This document shows, piece after piece, positions 18,755-28,361 of a DNA stretch of 64,000 bases. The notes under the pieces are model-generated. The model worked only from the letters and a program-made list of their open reading frames with translations. It was not told the DNA's origin and searched no databases. Each line of letters opens with the position of its first letter. Within the stretch, counting starts at the first letter, position 1. Origin of the DNA: Oceanispirochaeta sp. (GTDB lineage: Bacteria > Spirochaetota > Spirochaetia > DSM-2461); contig CAXXXD010000002.1 in the NCBI GenBank assembly GCA_963663385.2, positions 576,001 to 640,000 on the forward strand, in the 5' to 3' direction. Both the position numbers and the translations under genes were made by a program.

Positions 18755-20395
18755 TTATTCCGCCTCTTTGCTGGCAAATACGGGGATCCCTTTCCCTTTT
18801 TCTTCGGGTATGAATTTTTCCGTGTTTTCTACATAGATCTTTCTGTCTTTTCCCGGGAGGGGGATTCCTTCCGGAAAATCAGCCTTAAGCTGCCGCATAA
18901 AGCTCATAATCAGGACTACCATGGCAAAGCAGATAGGAAATCCTGTCAGGATAGATACGGTCTGGAGGGGTTGCAGTGCGCTGGGGTTCAGGAGGTAGAG
19001 GCCCAGGGAGACAGCGCCGGCCAGGATCAGCCAGAAAGCCATGTTCCATTTCTGGGGTTCCTGATCGCCTTCCAGCTTTTTTTCGGAGGCGGCAGCCAGG
19101 GAGTAACCGACAGCCGCATGGCCTGTGATGTAGGAGAGCAGACAGATAACCGTAAAGAAAATGATCATCCAGAACCCGCCGGGTGCGTGACGGAACATTT
19201 CGATTACAACACCTCCCCGACCTTTTTCACTCAAGGCAGTTACCAGGTCTGCTGTGCCGCTCATCTGCAGGTGGATGCCGAAGTTGGGAAGAACCATATA
19301 AAAGAGCATACAGCCCAGGGACCCGGCGATCAGCCCGCCCAGAACCATCTGTTTGATTGTGCGACCCTTTGAAATCTTGGCGATGAAGAGACCGAAGGGC
19401 AGAGCGTATACAGCCCACCAGGAGAAGTAGAAGATCGTCCAGCCCTGGGGAAAACCGTTATTGGAGATGGCATCGGTTGTAAAACTCATGTAGACGAAAT
19501 TCTGGATCATCATACCCAGAGCATCGGTAGACTGGTTCAGGATAAAGAAGGTTGGACCGAAAAGGAGGAGAATCAGAAGAAGCACAATGTCCCCTTTTAC
19601 ATTCCAGTCGCTCAGTTTGGCTACGCCCTTATTCAGTCCCAGTACCAGAGCCAGCAGGGGGATGAAGGTCCACAGGAGAATCACAATGGTGTCCAGTATA
19701 ACATTGGACTGTTCCATCCCAAGCATATGGGCAAAGCCGCTGGAGATGGCGGGGGTTCCAAGAGCAAGGGATGTAAGAACCCCGCCGAGGAGACCGAAAA
19801 TATAGAGGAAGTTCAGGGTATGACCGGCCAGACCATCGGATTTTTTTCCAAGGAGGGGACGGGCATACTCACTCATCTTCATGTTTTTCTCTTTCTTTAC
19901 AAAGAAGAAGTATCCGATGGGAACGGCGGCTGCTATATAAAAAGCCCAGGCTGAGGGACCCCAGTGGAACATCCCGTAGGTTGACGCCCATCGGGCGGCT
20001 TCTTCGCTTCCCGCTTCCACACCGAAGGGGGGGGCGCCCATAATCCAGATCCATTCGATGGCGCCCAGGTAAAGGAGGCTTCCGCCCGTACCGGATGTCA
20101 GGATCATTCCCAGCCAGGTGAATGTGGAGAACTGGGGTTTCTCATCCTTTCCTCCCAGAACAATGTTTCCCATTCTGGAAAAAGCGAAATACAGGCACAG
20201 AATCAGCATGGCAACTGTAAACAAGAGGAAAAACCATCCCAGTTCATGTGTTGTAAAAGCATGAATTTTGTTCAGGGCGGCGTTGCTCTGTTCGGGGAGT
20301 GCAAAAAACAGGACTCCCATTACAAGGGTAAAGATAGTGGCAGGCAGAAAGACGGCTTTGTCTATTCTCATGCCTGATGAGTTTTGATTACTCAT
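18755..20395 (-). CDS. BCCT-family (betaine/carnitine/choline) transporter
   Basis: 'KPQFSTFTW', 'FHWGPSAWAFY', 'WTIFYFSWW....PFGLFIAKISKGRTIKQ', about 12 TM segments. Confidence 0.93.
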   Translation of the reverse strand: MSNQNSSGMRIDKAVFLPATIFTLVMGVLFFALPEQSNAALNKIHAFTTHELGWFFLLFTVAMLILCLYFAFSRMGNIVLGGKDEKPQFSTFTWLGMILTSGTGGSLLYLGAIEWIWIMGAPPFGVEAGSEEAARWASTYGMFHWGPSAWAFYIAAAVPIGYFFFVKKEKNMKMSEYARPLLGKKSDGLAGHTLNFLYIFGLLGGVLTSLALGTPAISSGFAHMLGMEQSNVILDTIVILLWTFIPLLALVLGLNKGVAKLSDWNVKGDIVLLLILLLFGPTFFILNQSTDALGMMIQNFVYMSFTTDAISNNGFPQGWTIFYFSWWAVYALPFGLFIAKISKGRTIKQMVLGGLIAGSLGCMLFYMVLPNFGIHLQMSGTADLVTALSEKGRGGVVIEMFRHAPGGFWMIIFFTVICLLSYITGHAAVGYSLAAASEKKLEGDQEPQKWNMAFWLILAGAVSLGLYLLNPSALQPLQTVSILTGFPICFAMVVLIMSFMRQLKADFPEGIPLPGKDRKIYVENTEKFIPEEKGKGIPVFASKEAE

Positions 20396-20467
20396 ATAAA
20401 TCCTCCATTTATATTTGATTATTCTAAACCCGCTATTCGCAGGTGAATATCCTTAAATTCTTACAGG

Positions 20468-21745
20468 TCAGACAGGAACAGCGCCATGTTCGACTGTCAA
20501 AGCCACAATATCTTTCGGGTCCACATCCCGTGAGGCAATCCCTTTTCTGACCGCCAGTGCCGCAGCGGCTCCGGCGGCCTGCCCCATAGCCATACAGGTG
20601 CACTGGGCCCGGATCCCTGCCAGGGATTTTCTGTCGGAAGAGAGAATCCTTCCGGCAACTGTAATTCGTCTCGATCCTCTGGGGATCAGGGACCGGAAGG
20701 GAACTTTCGGTGTCATATTCTCTTTCTCATGGAAGATTTCCCTGCAGCCGTCCTCTTCATTGTGCAGATCGATGTAGTTGAAGGCGTTGCATATCTGGTC
20801 GGGGTATTCCACGGCATCCATAAACTCATCCAGCACCACATTATGTTCCCCCGCGATCCTGGCTCCCTCCCGGGAAAGGGCCCGGGCATACATCGTTTTC
20901 AGAACGGCCCGTTCCGCGCCGGGAATTCTGTCTTTAATAAAACGGTAGACCCGCATCATAACTTCCCGTCCGGCAATATTGGCGGCGGTCTGCCCTTCCG
21001 CGTCCGAAGTGTCGCATCCATAGATATGGGAGGAATTGTGTCCTCCCATCTGAAGCAGCCAGAGGAAGGGGTAGGTATCAAAGTATGCCCAGTCCCCCTT
21101 CTTCAGCCGCCCCCGCTCCATAGCCTCTTCGTATATCTTCTGTACTTCCCCCTGCCAGACCTGCTGAAGATCAATGTCTTCAATGCGGTACTGCAGGGTT
21201 CCCGGCTGCCGGACATCCGCTTTAATTGTTTCCAGCCCCAGGGCTCTGACCGCATCGGCGTCTCCTGAGGCATCGATGATCTCTTTGCAGACAGTCGTTC
21301 TTTTAATCCCTCTGGCATAGGAAATCACTTCCCAGGAATCGCCGATCTGTTTTACTTCTCCAACAAATTCTCCGTAGTGCAATCGAACACCGGCTTTTAT
21401 CGCTTCCTGTTCTGCCAGAGAAGCGTATATGGGTACATTTATATGGCTGTAATAACCGGGTGTATCGACAGCGCGTCTGTCCTTCCAGGGTTTCGGCATG
21501 ATCCCTTCGGCTTCCCGGCTTTTCATATAGAGTTCCCAGGGAATCCCCTGGACAACCGGGCCGACGGGAGAGTGGAAATGGTTCGGCATGAATACACCGC
21601 CTTCCGTCATTGTTCCTCCGAGCATATTACCGGCTTCAATCAGACTGACGAGGATACCTTCGCGCCCCGCCTGTATGGCGGCTATATGTCCAGCTGTTCC
21701 GCCTCCGGCTATCAGCAGATCTGCCTGTTCTCGAAGTTCTCTCAT
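20468..21745 (-). CDS. FAD-dependent oxidoreductase (PF12831 type), divergent from the IbeA-like pair
   Basis: 'LLIAGGGTAG', 'LGGTMT', 'IIDASGDAD', 'QPGTL', 'VPFRSLIP....VAGR', 'CMAMGQAAG'. Confidence 0.88.
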   Translation of the reverse strand: MRELREQADLLIAGGGTAGHIAAIQAGREGILVSLIEAGNMLGGTMTEGGVFMPNHFHSPVGPVVQGIPWELYMKSREAEGIMPKPWKDRRAVDTPGYYSHINVPIYASLAEQEAIKAGVRLHYGEFVGEVKQIGDSWEVISYARGIKRTTVCKEIIDASGDADAVRALGLETIKADVRQPGTLQYRIEDIDLQQVWQGEVQKIYEEAMERGRLKKGDWAYFDTYPFLWLLQMGGHNSSHIYGCDTSDAEGQTAANIAGREVMMRVYRFIKDRIPGAERAVLKTMYARALSREGARIAGEHNVVLDEFMDAVEYPDQICNAFNYIDLHNEEDGCREIFHEKENMTPKVPFRSLIPRGSRRITVAGRILSSDRKSLAGIRAQCTCMAMGQAAGAAAALAVRKGIASRDVDPKDIVALTVEHGAVPV

Positions 21746-21803
21746 TCAATTTCTCCCGCTATAAGTATGATTTTATTTTTAAAAATTGAATTATCCTGAG
21801 ATT

Positions 21804-22055
21804 ACGATAGAGTTACTTCTTTCAGTTTGTCAAGAAAAATTTTAAAAAAGAATATTAGATTTTGATAAATGAAATCACAAGGCAATGATCTTTTGAAAAA
21901 TAATGATATAATCGGAAAAACGTCTATTAAAATGATAAAATTGAATTTTAATATGATATCCGATTGCCTTTATTAAAACAAAATTATCATATCAGAACTT
22001 GACGGATGGAATCTTGCGTTGTAAAATCCGGAATTGTATTTTGATAAATAAAACT
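21804..22055. promoter_or_regulatory. Divergent promoter region with putative IclR boxes
   Basis: Minus-strand TTGACA (21833-21828). GATTTTGATAAATGAAATC (21858-21876) and TATTTTGATAAATAAAACT (22037-22055). Confidence 0.5.
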
Positions 22056-22179
22056 CTTTTTAATATATAACTGGATTGGGTAATGTAAAGCTTCCCCGGG
22101 AAGCCCGCTTGAAAAAAGGGAATTATGATACGGAAGTATCGATAACAGAAAGTTAATATATGATTTTTGGAGGAGAGAA

Positions 22180-23862
22180 ATGTTAGTTTCTGAAGTAGTA
22201 GTTAAAATAATGGAAGCTGAAGGGATCACTGATGCCTTTGGTATTCCCGGAGCTGGGATTAATCCGGTTTATAAATACCTGGATATGTCTGAACAGATCA
22301 GTCACTATACCATGCGCCACGAAGCGGCCTGTGTTCATGCGGCTGACGGTTATTACAGGGCAAAGCACGAGATGGCCCTGGCTATCTGTACATCCGGTCC
22401 CGGTGCGACAAATTTTGTAACCGGACTTTATACCGCCCATATTGATTCCATTCCCCTTCTGGCTGTTACCGGTCAGGGTGCCTCCGGTCTGCTTGGCAAG
22501 GATGCGTTCCAGTGTGTGGATATGGTGGATATTGCTTCTCCCATCTGTAAGAAAGCCTGGTGCATTACCGATGCCGCAAAGGTTCCCGAGATTATGAAGG
22601 AAGCCTTTAAGACCGCCAGAGAGGGAAAACCCGGTCCTGTACTGCTCGATCTTCCCCTGGATGTTCAGAAAACAGATATAGATTTCGACCCTGCGTCGTA
22701 TAAGCCGGCCGAGATTTTCAGGCCCGAAGCAGACAGGTCTCTGGTTGCCAAGGCGGTGGAGATGCTGGATAGTGCGGAAAATCCCATTATGATCATGGGG
22801 GGCGGTGTTATCCTCTCCCATTCCGAAAAGAAGATGGTTGAACTGGCCGAGTATATGAATATTCCCGTCGTTACCACTTATATGGCCAAGGGGGGAATCC
22901 CCGAGAATCACCCCCTTCATGTACAGCATGTGGGAATCCAGTGCGGCGCCGCCAATATCGGCAACAGGTACTTCCTGGAGTCGGATGTGGTACTCGGAGT
23001 GGGCTGTCGTTTTACAGACAGGCATACCGGTGCGGTGGACGTTTACAGGGGAGACCGTAAATTTATCCATGTGAATATCGCCGAAAGTGAAATCGGCAAA
23101 ATCATCCCTGCGGAGATCGGGATCGTTGCCGATGCTTCCGATGCTCTGGATGCTTTTCTGGAGGAAGCCGGAAAGAAAGCCAAACGAAGCGGAAGCGCCC
23201 GTATTGCCAATATCCCCGCGGACAAAGCGGCTATGACTGTCGCCAGAATTCCCGGAAAGCCCGGAGAAATCAAACCCCAGACGGTTTATGCCGAAATGAA
23301 TGAAAATTTTGACGATGAGACCTACTGGACAACAGGCTGCGGTCTTAACCAGATATGGTCCGGCCAGTATCAGGCAATCAATGCGCCCCGGAAATACCTG
23401 CCCTCCGGCGGTGCGGGGACTCTGGGATTTGACATCCCGGCCGCCATCGGCGCCTGTGTCGGTTCCGGAAAAGGAAAAGTTGTCTGTGTTATGGGCGACT
23501 TCGGGTTCACTTTCATGGTGGAAGAGCTGGCTGTGGCTGCGAAATACGACCTTCCTGTTTCCGTCCTGATTCTGAACAACGCCTATCTCAGTCTGATCCG
23601 CCAGAACCAGGTTTATGCCTTCGACTTTGAATATGCTGTTGAAATGTCCGAAAACAAGGACTATATCGACTATGTAAAAGTATCCGAGGGGCTGGGCTGC
23701 AAGGCTGAACGGGTTCTGCAGGATGGGGATATCGCCGCTGCCATGAAGCGGGCTAAAGAATCGGATAAACCCTATGTGGTGGAACTCTTTGTCGAAGACG
23801 CCACTGACTGTAACATGGGGGCGGCTCTGGATAAAATCGCCAATTTCAACGAATCAATGTAA
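22180..23862 (+). CDS. gcl: Glyoxylate carboligase (ThDP/FAD enzyme)
   Basis: 'AFGIPGAGINP', 'RHEA....ADGYYRA', 'TSGPGATN..TGLYTA.IDSIP', 'RFTDRHTG', 'GDFGF.F.VEELAVAA', 'NNAYLSLIRQ'. These are Gcl-type rather than AHAS-type motifs. Confidence 0.85.
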   Translation: MLVSEVVVKIMEAEGITDAFGIPGAGINPVYKYLDMSEQISHYTMRHEAACVHAADGYYRAKHEMALAICTSGPGATNFVTGLYTAHIDSIPLLAVTGQGASGLLGKDAFQCVDMVDIASPICKKAWCITDAAKVPEIMKEAFKTAREGKPGPVLLDLPLDVQKTDIDFDPASYKPAEIFRPEADRSLVAKAVEMLDSAENPIMIMGGGVILSHSEKKMVELAEYMNIPVVTTYMAKGGIPENHPLHVQHVGIQCGAANIGNRYFLESDVVLGVGCRFTDRHTGAVDVYRGDRKFIHVNIAESEIGKIIPAEIGIVADASDALDAFLEEAGKKAKRSGSARIANIPADKAAMTVARIPGKPGEIKPQTVYAEMNENFDDETYWTTGCGLNQIWSGQYQAINAPRKYLPSGGAGTLGFDIPAAIGACVGSGKGKVVCVMGDFGFTFMVEELAVAAKYDLPVSVLILNNAYLSLIRQNQVYAFDFEYAVEMSENKDYIDYVKVSEGLGCKAERVLQDGDIAAAMKRAKESDKPYVVELFVEDATDCNMGAALDKIANFNESM

Positions 23863-23864
23863 GT

Positions 23865-23907
23865 GCAAACAGCCGTCCTTTTAGATTATCAGGGGACGGC
23901 TGTTTGC
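23865..23907 (+). terminator. Hairpin after gcl
   Basis: GCAAACAGCCGTCC / GGACGGCTGTTTGC 14-bp inverted repeat. Confidence 0.7.
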
Positions 23908-23984
23908 CAAGCATTTGGAAGATTTACAATTATCGTAATATGGGGTATTTTATACCTTAAAACAGTCAAAACAGGGAGTTCCAG

Positions 23985-24791
23985 ATGCCGTCTGAAGGAG
24001 TCAAGAAAAATCAATCGATCGGGAAAGCCTTTACCATTCTGGAGGCTATGGTGGAAGAGGGGCGTTCCCTTCGTTTACTGGACCTGGCCCAGAAGCTGAA
24101 TATACCATCCAGTACGGTGATCCGCTACCTGAATACCCTGATCGATTACAACTATGTAAAACAGGAGCCTGAGACTTCCCGCTACTATCTCACTCTGAAA
24201 CTGTCCAGTCTGGGTAACAAGGTCTACTCCCGGTTTTCCTACCAGGAAGCTATGAAAAAGTACCTATACAGGATAAGCGATACCCTGCAGGAGTCGGTTT
24301 CCCTTTCCATCGAACAGGATATGAATGTCGTCTATATTGATGCGGTGGAGGGGCCGGATCACATCCTGCAGACGCTGCAGCGGATCGGAAAAGTGGCTCC
24401 CATGCACAGTACCGGATCCGGAAAGGTTCTGCTTCTAAACTGCAATGATCAGGAGCTGGACCGGTTTATCGATATCAAGGGACTGCCGGGTTATACGCCC
24501 CATACGCTGACAACCCGTCACTCTTTTCTGAAGGTTATGGCCAAAGTCCGTGAGAGCGGATTCGCCTACGATGATGAAGAGTGTGAGATGGGCGTAAAGT
24601 GTGTGGCTTTCCCGGTTCGGGACTTTACCGGTAAAGTGATTGTCGCCATAAGTGTTTCCGCTCCCATCTCCAGGATGGGTGATATCAGGGAAGAGGCGAT
24701 TATTGAAGTTTTAAGTGAAGTGACAGCAGAGGCGTCCCGCGAATTCGGGTATAATCCTCAGAAAACACCCGTTGCTGTCAGACAGGATTAA
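23985..24791 (+). CDS. IclR-family transcriptional regulator
   Basis: 'QSIGKAFTILE', HTH, 'PMHSTGSGKVLL', 'GFAYDDEE...GVKCVAFPV'. Confidence 0.95.
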   Translation: MPSEGVKKNQSIGKAFTILEAMVEEGRSLRLLDLAQKLNIPSSTVIRYLNTLIDYNYVKQEPETSRYYLTLKLSSLGNKVYSRFSYQEAMKKYLYRISDTLQESVSLSIEQDMNVVYIDAVEGPDHILQTLQRIGKVAPMHSTGSGKVLLLNCNDQELDRFIDIKGLPGYTPHTLTTRHSFLKVMAKVRESGFAYDDEECEMGVKCVAFPVRDFTGKVIVAISVSAPISRMGDIREEAIIEVLSEVTAEASREFGYNPQKTPVAVRQD

Positions 24792-24814
24792 TTCAATAAA
24801 TACAGTAAAATCAG

Positions 24815-24845
24815 AACCCGCCGATCTTCTGTTCGGCGGGTTTTT
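24815..24845. terminator. Bidirectional Rho-independent terminator
   Basis: AACCCGCCGA...TCGGCGGGTT followed by a T-run, between convergent genes. Confidence 0.75.
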
Positions 24846-24866
24846 CAGTGACTGTTAAAGTTCTCC

Positions 24867-25058
24867 TTAATGGTGTTTTCTGTCCTGAATCACTTCCTGT
24901 ATCAGAGGGATCAGGAAAAAGATACAGCCGATCAGAAACATGATACTGCCCGTCAGATTGCAGGGATCATCGGTATTTATACCGCTGATCAGGTATAGAA
25001 CAGCGCAGACTAGGAATAAAAACCAGCCGCCCAGCTGGAATTTATGACTGGTTTTCAT
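24867..25058 (-). CDS. Small two-TM membrane protein
   Basis: 63 aa with two hydrophobic segments; GAGGTG/GAGAG SD; 18 bp downstream of the IbeA-like paralog 2. Confidence 0.65.
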   Translation of the reverse strand: MKTSHKFQLGGWFLFLVCAVLYLISGINTDDPCNLTGSIMFLIGCIFFLIPLIQEVIQDRKHH

Positions 25059-25076
25059 AGGCTCTCACCTCAAAAA

Positions 25077-26438
25077 TTAGTATTTTACCCGAACGCCCTG
25101 ATGTTCCAGTGCAGCCTGGACGGTTCGTATATTCACATCCCGGCAGGTCGTTCCCGTCTTTACGGCTACGGCAGCGGCCGTTCCGGCTCCCTGGCCCGAT
25201 ACGGCACAGCACATCATATTCCGTGTCGCCGCATGGGATATTCTATCTCCCGCGATGGAACGGCCGGCTACAAGAAGGTTCTCCACTTTTAAAGGCACCA
25301 GGGCTTTGTAGGGCACCTGAAAAAAGCGGCCCGTTACGGGAAGCCTCAGGATGCCGAATCCGTCTACGAACTCGGGGAATATCCCGATGGAATCGGTAAA
25401 GCGTCCCTCTTCCATCACATCTTTTCCTGTCATGCTGTATTCGCCTGCAATCTTGCGGGAATCCCTGGTGCCGATGGCCATGGGATAGTTTCGCAGCCGG
25501 GCATTTTCAAAGCCGGGGATTGTTTTATTCATGGCCCTGATGGCATCCAGTACCCGGGCCCTGCCTTCCATCTCCGCATAGGTCAGATCGCGGATATCCG
25601 TGCAGTCCCGGTTTTCCAGGTGGACCAGGTTGAGGTAGGTGGCGCATCCGTCATCGGTTATGGTGCTCCAGGAACCGCAAAGGTTCCATTCGCTGGGAGG
25701 GATAATGCCTTCTTCGATTGCCCGGGTGAACTGTTTTTCAAAATAGGGGCTGAACATATCATTTTCAAGCCCCGACGTATTCTGAGCCCAATCCTGTCCC
25801 CAGTCGTTATAGGTGGCGGGCTCGCTCTTTATGTACTCCATAAAGCGTTTTTTATCCACGCCGCAGCAGTTAAAGGCCATCGTAACGGCCTGCTTTTCAC
25901 TTTTCGGGTTTTCTATATAGGGAGCACCCGCCTTGGCCGCCAGATCGGCGTCGCCTGTGGCATCTATAACCACTCGGGCCAGTATTGCCTGCCGTCCCGA
26001 TTTGCTTTCCGTTATAACCCCCCTGATAATATTTCCTTCCAGAATAGGTTCAACGCCATAGCAGTGAAGCAGGGGAAGAGCTCCCGATTCTTTCAGCAGG
26101 ACGTCGGCAACATGCTTGAATTTTTCCGTATCCAGAGCATGGCTGTCTGACTGGACTTCCTTGTTTGCGGCGCCCATTGCCATGGCGCGCTTCTCAAACT
26201 CGAAGCCGATACCATCGGACTCAATGGTTTTTTCATGGCGGTACCAGGCCAGGGATTCTACACCGACCACGGTCATATTTCCGCCGAAACAGCCATATTG
26301 CTCCACCAGCATGGTTTTTACACCGGACCGGGCGGCGGCGATTGCAGCGGAAAGCCCTCCGGGACCGCCCCCGACGACCAGCACATCTACTTTATCCAGA
26401 ACGGGAGTTTCTCTTCTTTCCTCAATAATATATTTCAT
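25077..26438 (-). CDS. FAD-dependent oxidoreductase, IbeA-like, paralog 2
   Basis: 453 aa, same length and motifs as 17203..18564 ('GVESLAWYRHE', 'ITESKSGRQAILA', 'MFSPYF', 'GSWST', 'FPEFVDG', 'RNMMCC'). Confidence 0.9.
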   Translation of the reverse strand: MKYIIEERRETPVLDKVDVLVVGGGPGGLSAAIAAARSGVKTMLVEQYGCFGGNMTVVGVESLAWYRHEKTIESDGIGFEFEKRAMAMGAANKEVQSDSHALDTEKFKHVADVLLKESGALPLLHCYGVEPILEGNIIRGVITESKSGRQAILARVVIDATGDADLAAKAGAPYIENPKSEKQAVTMAFNCCGVDKKRFMEYIKSEPATYNDWGQDWAQNTSGLENDMFSPYFEKQFTRAIEEGIIPPSEWNLCGSWSTITDDGCATYLNLVHLENRDCTDIRDLTYAEMEGRARVLDAIRAMNKTIPGFENARLRNYPMAIGTRDSRKIAGEYSMTGKDVMEEGRFTDSIGIFPEFVDGFGILRLPVTGRFFQVPYKALVPLKVENLLVAGRSIAGDRISHAATRNMMCCAVSGQGAGTAAAVAVKTGTTCRDVNIRTVQAALEHQGVRVKY

Positions 26439-26454
26439 ACGCAGATCCTTTTTA

Positions 26455-27738
26455 TCAGGGCATTCCGTAACCGAACAGTCCCGGCAGGAACAGGGTTGTC
26501 TGGGGAATATAGGTTATTATGAACAGAACACAGATCAGAACCAGTAAAAACGGTACAATTTCCTTAATTACTTCCTCGAAGGATACTTTGGCGATATCCG
26601 CTGCAACATAGGCACAGACTCCCAGCGGGGGGGTGATCAGCCCGATATTGAGGTTCAGTTCCATAACGACGCCGAAATGCATCAGATTAATTCCCATGGA
26701 TGTCAGAAGGGGCATCAGGACAGGTATAAGGATCAGCATAACGCTGATACCTTCCATAAAGCATCCCAGAATAAGAATGAAAACATTCAGGATCAGCAGA
26801 ATGACATACTGGTTCGAGCTGAAGCCTACCAGTATCCGGGCCAGTTTCGCCGGAATCCCTTCATAGGTCAGAATCCAACCGAATACAGCCGCAAAGGCAA
26901 TAATCAGCATAATGCGGCTGGTCCCTTTTCCTACGGATATCAGGGTCTCCGCCAATCCTCTGAATGACAGTTCCTTATAGATAACCATGCCGAGGAATAT
27001 GGCATAAAGAACGGACAGAACCGCTGCTTCGGTAGGGGTGGCAAATCCTGTCATAATCCCCGCCAGGATAATAACGGGAGTCAGCATAGGGAGAAGAGAG
27101 TGGAGAAGCGAACTCAGTATGGCAGAGAACGCGGCTCTCGGGTAAACTCTGAAACTCCGTTTTTTTGCCTCCAGATAGACGATAATCATCTGGGCGAAGG
27201 TCATAACAAGGGCCGGTATGATTCCCGCGATGAACAGCCCGGCAATGGATGTTCCCGTCATGGCCCCGTATATGACAAAGCCCAGACTGGGGGGCATAAT
27301 GGTCCCCACTGTGGAAGATGCTGCAGTAACCGCTGCGGAAAAGGCCGGGTCGTACTCCTCCTGCTTCATGTAGTTGATTTCAATGGTTCCCAGGCCCGCG
27401 CTGTCGGCCGTGGCGGAACCGGACATGCCGGCAAAAATCAGGCTGGATACAATATTCACATGTCCCAGACCGCCGGGAATATGGCCTACGAGAGATTTGC
27501 AGAAGTCGAAGAGGCGGTTGGTTACGCCTCCCATATTCATGATCTGCCCTGCCAGCATAAAGAGAGGGATTGCCAGAAGGGTAAAGGACTCGAATGTTCC
27601 CAGCATTATCTGGGGGATTGTTTCCAGGGGAACACCGTTCGTTAAAAAATAGAAGAGACAGGACGCTCCCAGGCTGAATGCCACAGGAACTTTTACCATC
27701 ATAAGGACTAAAAATATTAAAATGAAAAGACAGCTCAT
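26455..27738 (-). CDS. dctM: TRAP transporter large permease
   Basis: 'FTLLAIPLFMLAG', 'GGLGHVNI...FAGMSGSATAD', 'PPS', 'TPTEAA', 'IGLITPP'. Confidence 0.95.
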   Translation of the reverse strand: MSCLFILIFLVLMMVKVPVAFSLGASCLFYFLTNGVPLETIPQIMLGTFESFTLLAIPLFMLAGQIMNMGGVTNRLFDFCKSLVGHIPGGLGHVNIVSSLIFAGMSGSATADSAGLGTIEINYMKQEEYDPAFSAAVTAASSTVGTIMPPSLGFVIYGAMTGTSIAGLFIAGIIPALVMTFAQMIIVYLEAKKRSFRVYPRAAFSAILSSLLHSLLPMLTPVIILAGIMTGFATPTEAAVLSVLYAIFLGMVIYKELSFRGLAETLISVGKGTSRIMLIIAFAAVFGWILTYEGIPAKLARILVGFSSNQYVILLILNVFILILGCFMEGISVMLILIPVLMPLLTSMGINLMHFGVVMELNLNIGLITPPLGVCAYVAADIAKVSFEEVIKEIVPFLLVLICVLFIITYIPQTTLFLPGLFGYGMP

Positions 27739-27788
27739 TATGTAAAGTCTCCGTTTTGGATGATCATTTTCTCAATCGGGATAAATTG

Positions 27789-28271
27789 TTATTTTTCTGC
27801 AAACCAATGAGTTTGTTTTACCGTTCTAAAGAGATTCCATAAGGTAAAAACCGTTATACCGATAAATCCCAGAACAATGGCGAAGGTGTACCAGGGGATG
27901 GGGAGTCTGGCGGCAACAGAGGTGATTCCGACCTGTTTTCCCATTGTCTGGATAGAGTCGTAAATCATGATCGAGCCGATAAACAGTATGAGAAGTTCTG
28001 TAAAAATATCCAGAGCTCTTTTCAGCCCCGGTCTGGCTCTGTTGTAAAAGAAGTCCACCTCCAGATGAGTCTTTTCAAAACTGCAGCTGGCGCTTCCCGT
28101 AAAGGTGAACCAGCAGAAGGCGAACAGGGATATCTCTTCCGTCCAGGTAAACGGCATGTTGAACCCGTAACGGGAAACAATCTGGAGGATGACGCATGCA
28201 ATGATTGTCACCAGTGAAGCGAAAAGCAGGATGACATAAAGGGCATCCAGCTTTTTTAAAACTTTTTCCAT
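27789..28271 (-). CDS. dctQ: TRAP transporter small permease
   Basis: 'QIVSRY....FTWTEEI', 'HLEVD', 4 TM segments. Confidence 0.92.
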   Translation of the reverse strand: MEKVLKKLDALYVILLFASLVTIIACVILQIVSRYGFNMPFTWTEEISLFAFCWFTFTGSASCSFEKTHLEVDFFYNRARPGLKRALDIFTELLILFIGSIMIYDSIQTMGKQVGITSVAARLPIPWYTFAIVLGFIGITVFTLWNLFRTVKQTHWFAEK

Positions 28272-28361
28272 ATTTTTTTTCCATCCTTTTTTACAGGAAC
28301 AGGGCTGATGCAGGAATGATAGTTGGCATAAATGCAGCAGCCCGTTTGCTATCCGGTTGTT

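Noticed and set aside
22183..23070. 295-aa minus-strand ORF
   Set aside because: Antisense to gcl; codon-bias artefact
22180..23862. Acetolactate synthase large subunit (ilvB) call
   Set aside because: No small subunit or ilv genes nearby; the motifs (PGA.INP, DSIP, RHTG, EELAV, NNAYL.LIRQ) fit glyoxylate carboligase better
17203..26438. Virulence/invasin function for the IbeA-like genes
   Set aside because: No signal peptides and a purely metabolic context; homology alone does not imply invasion
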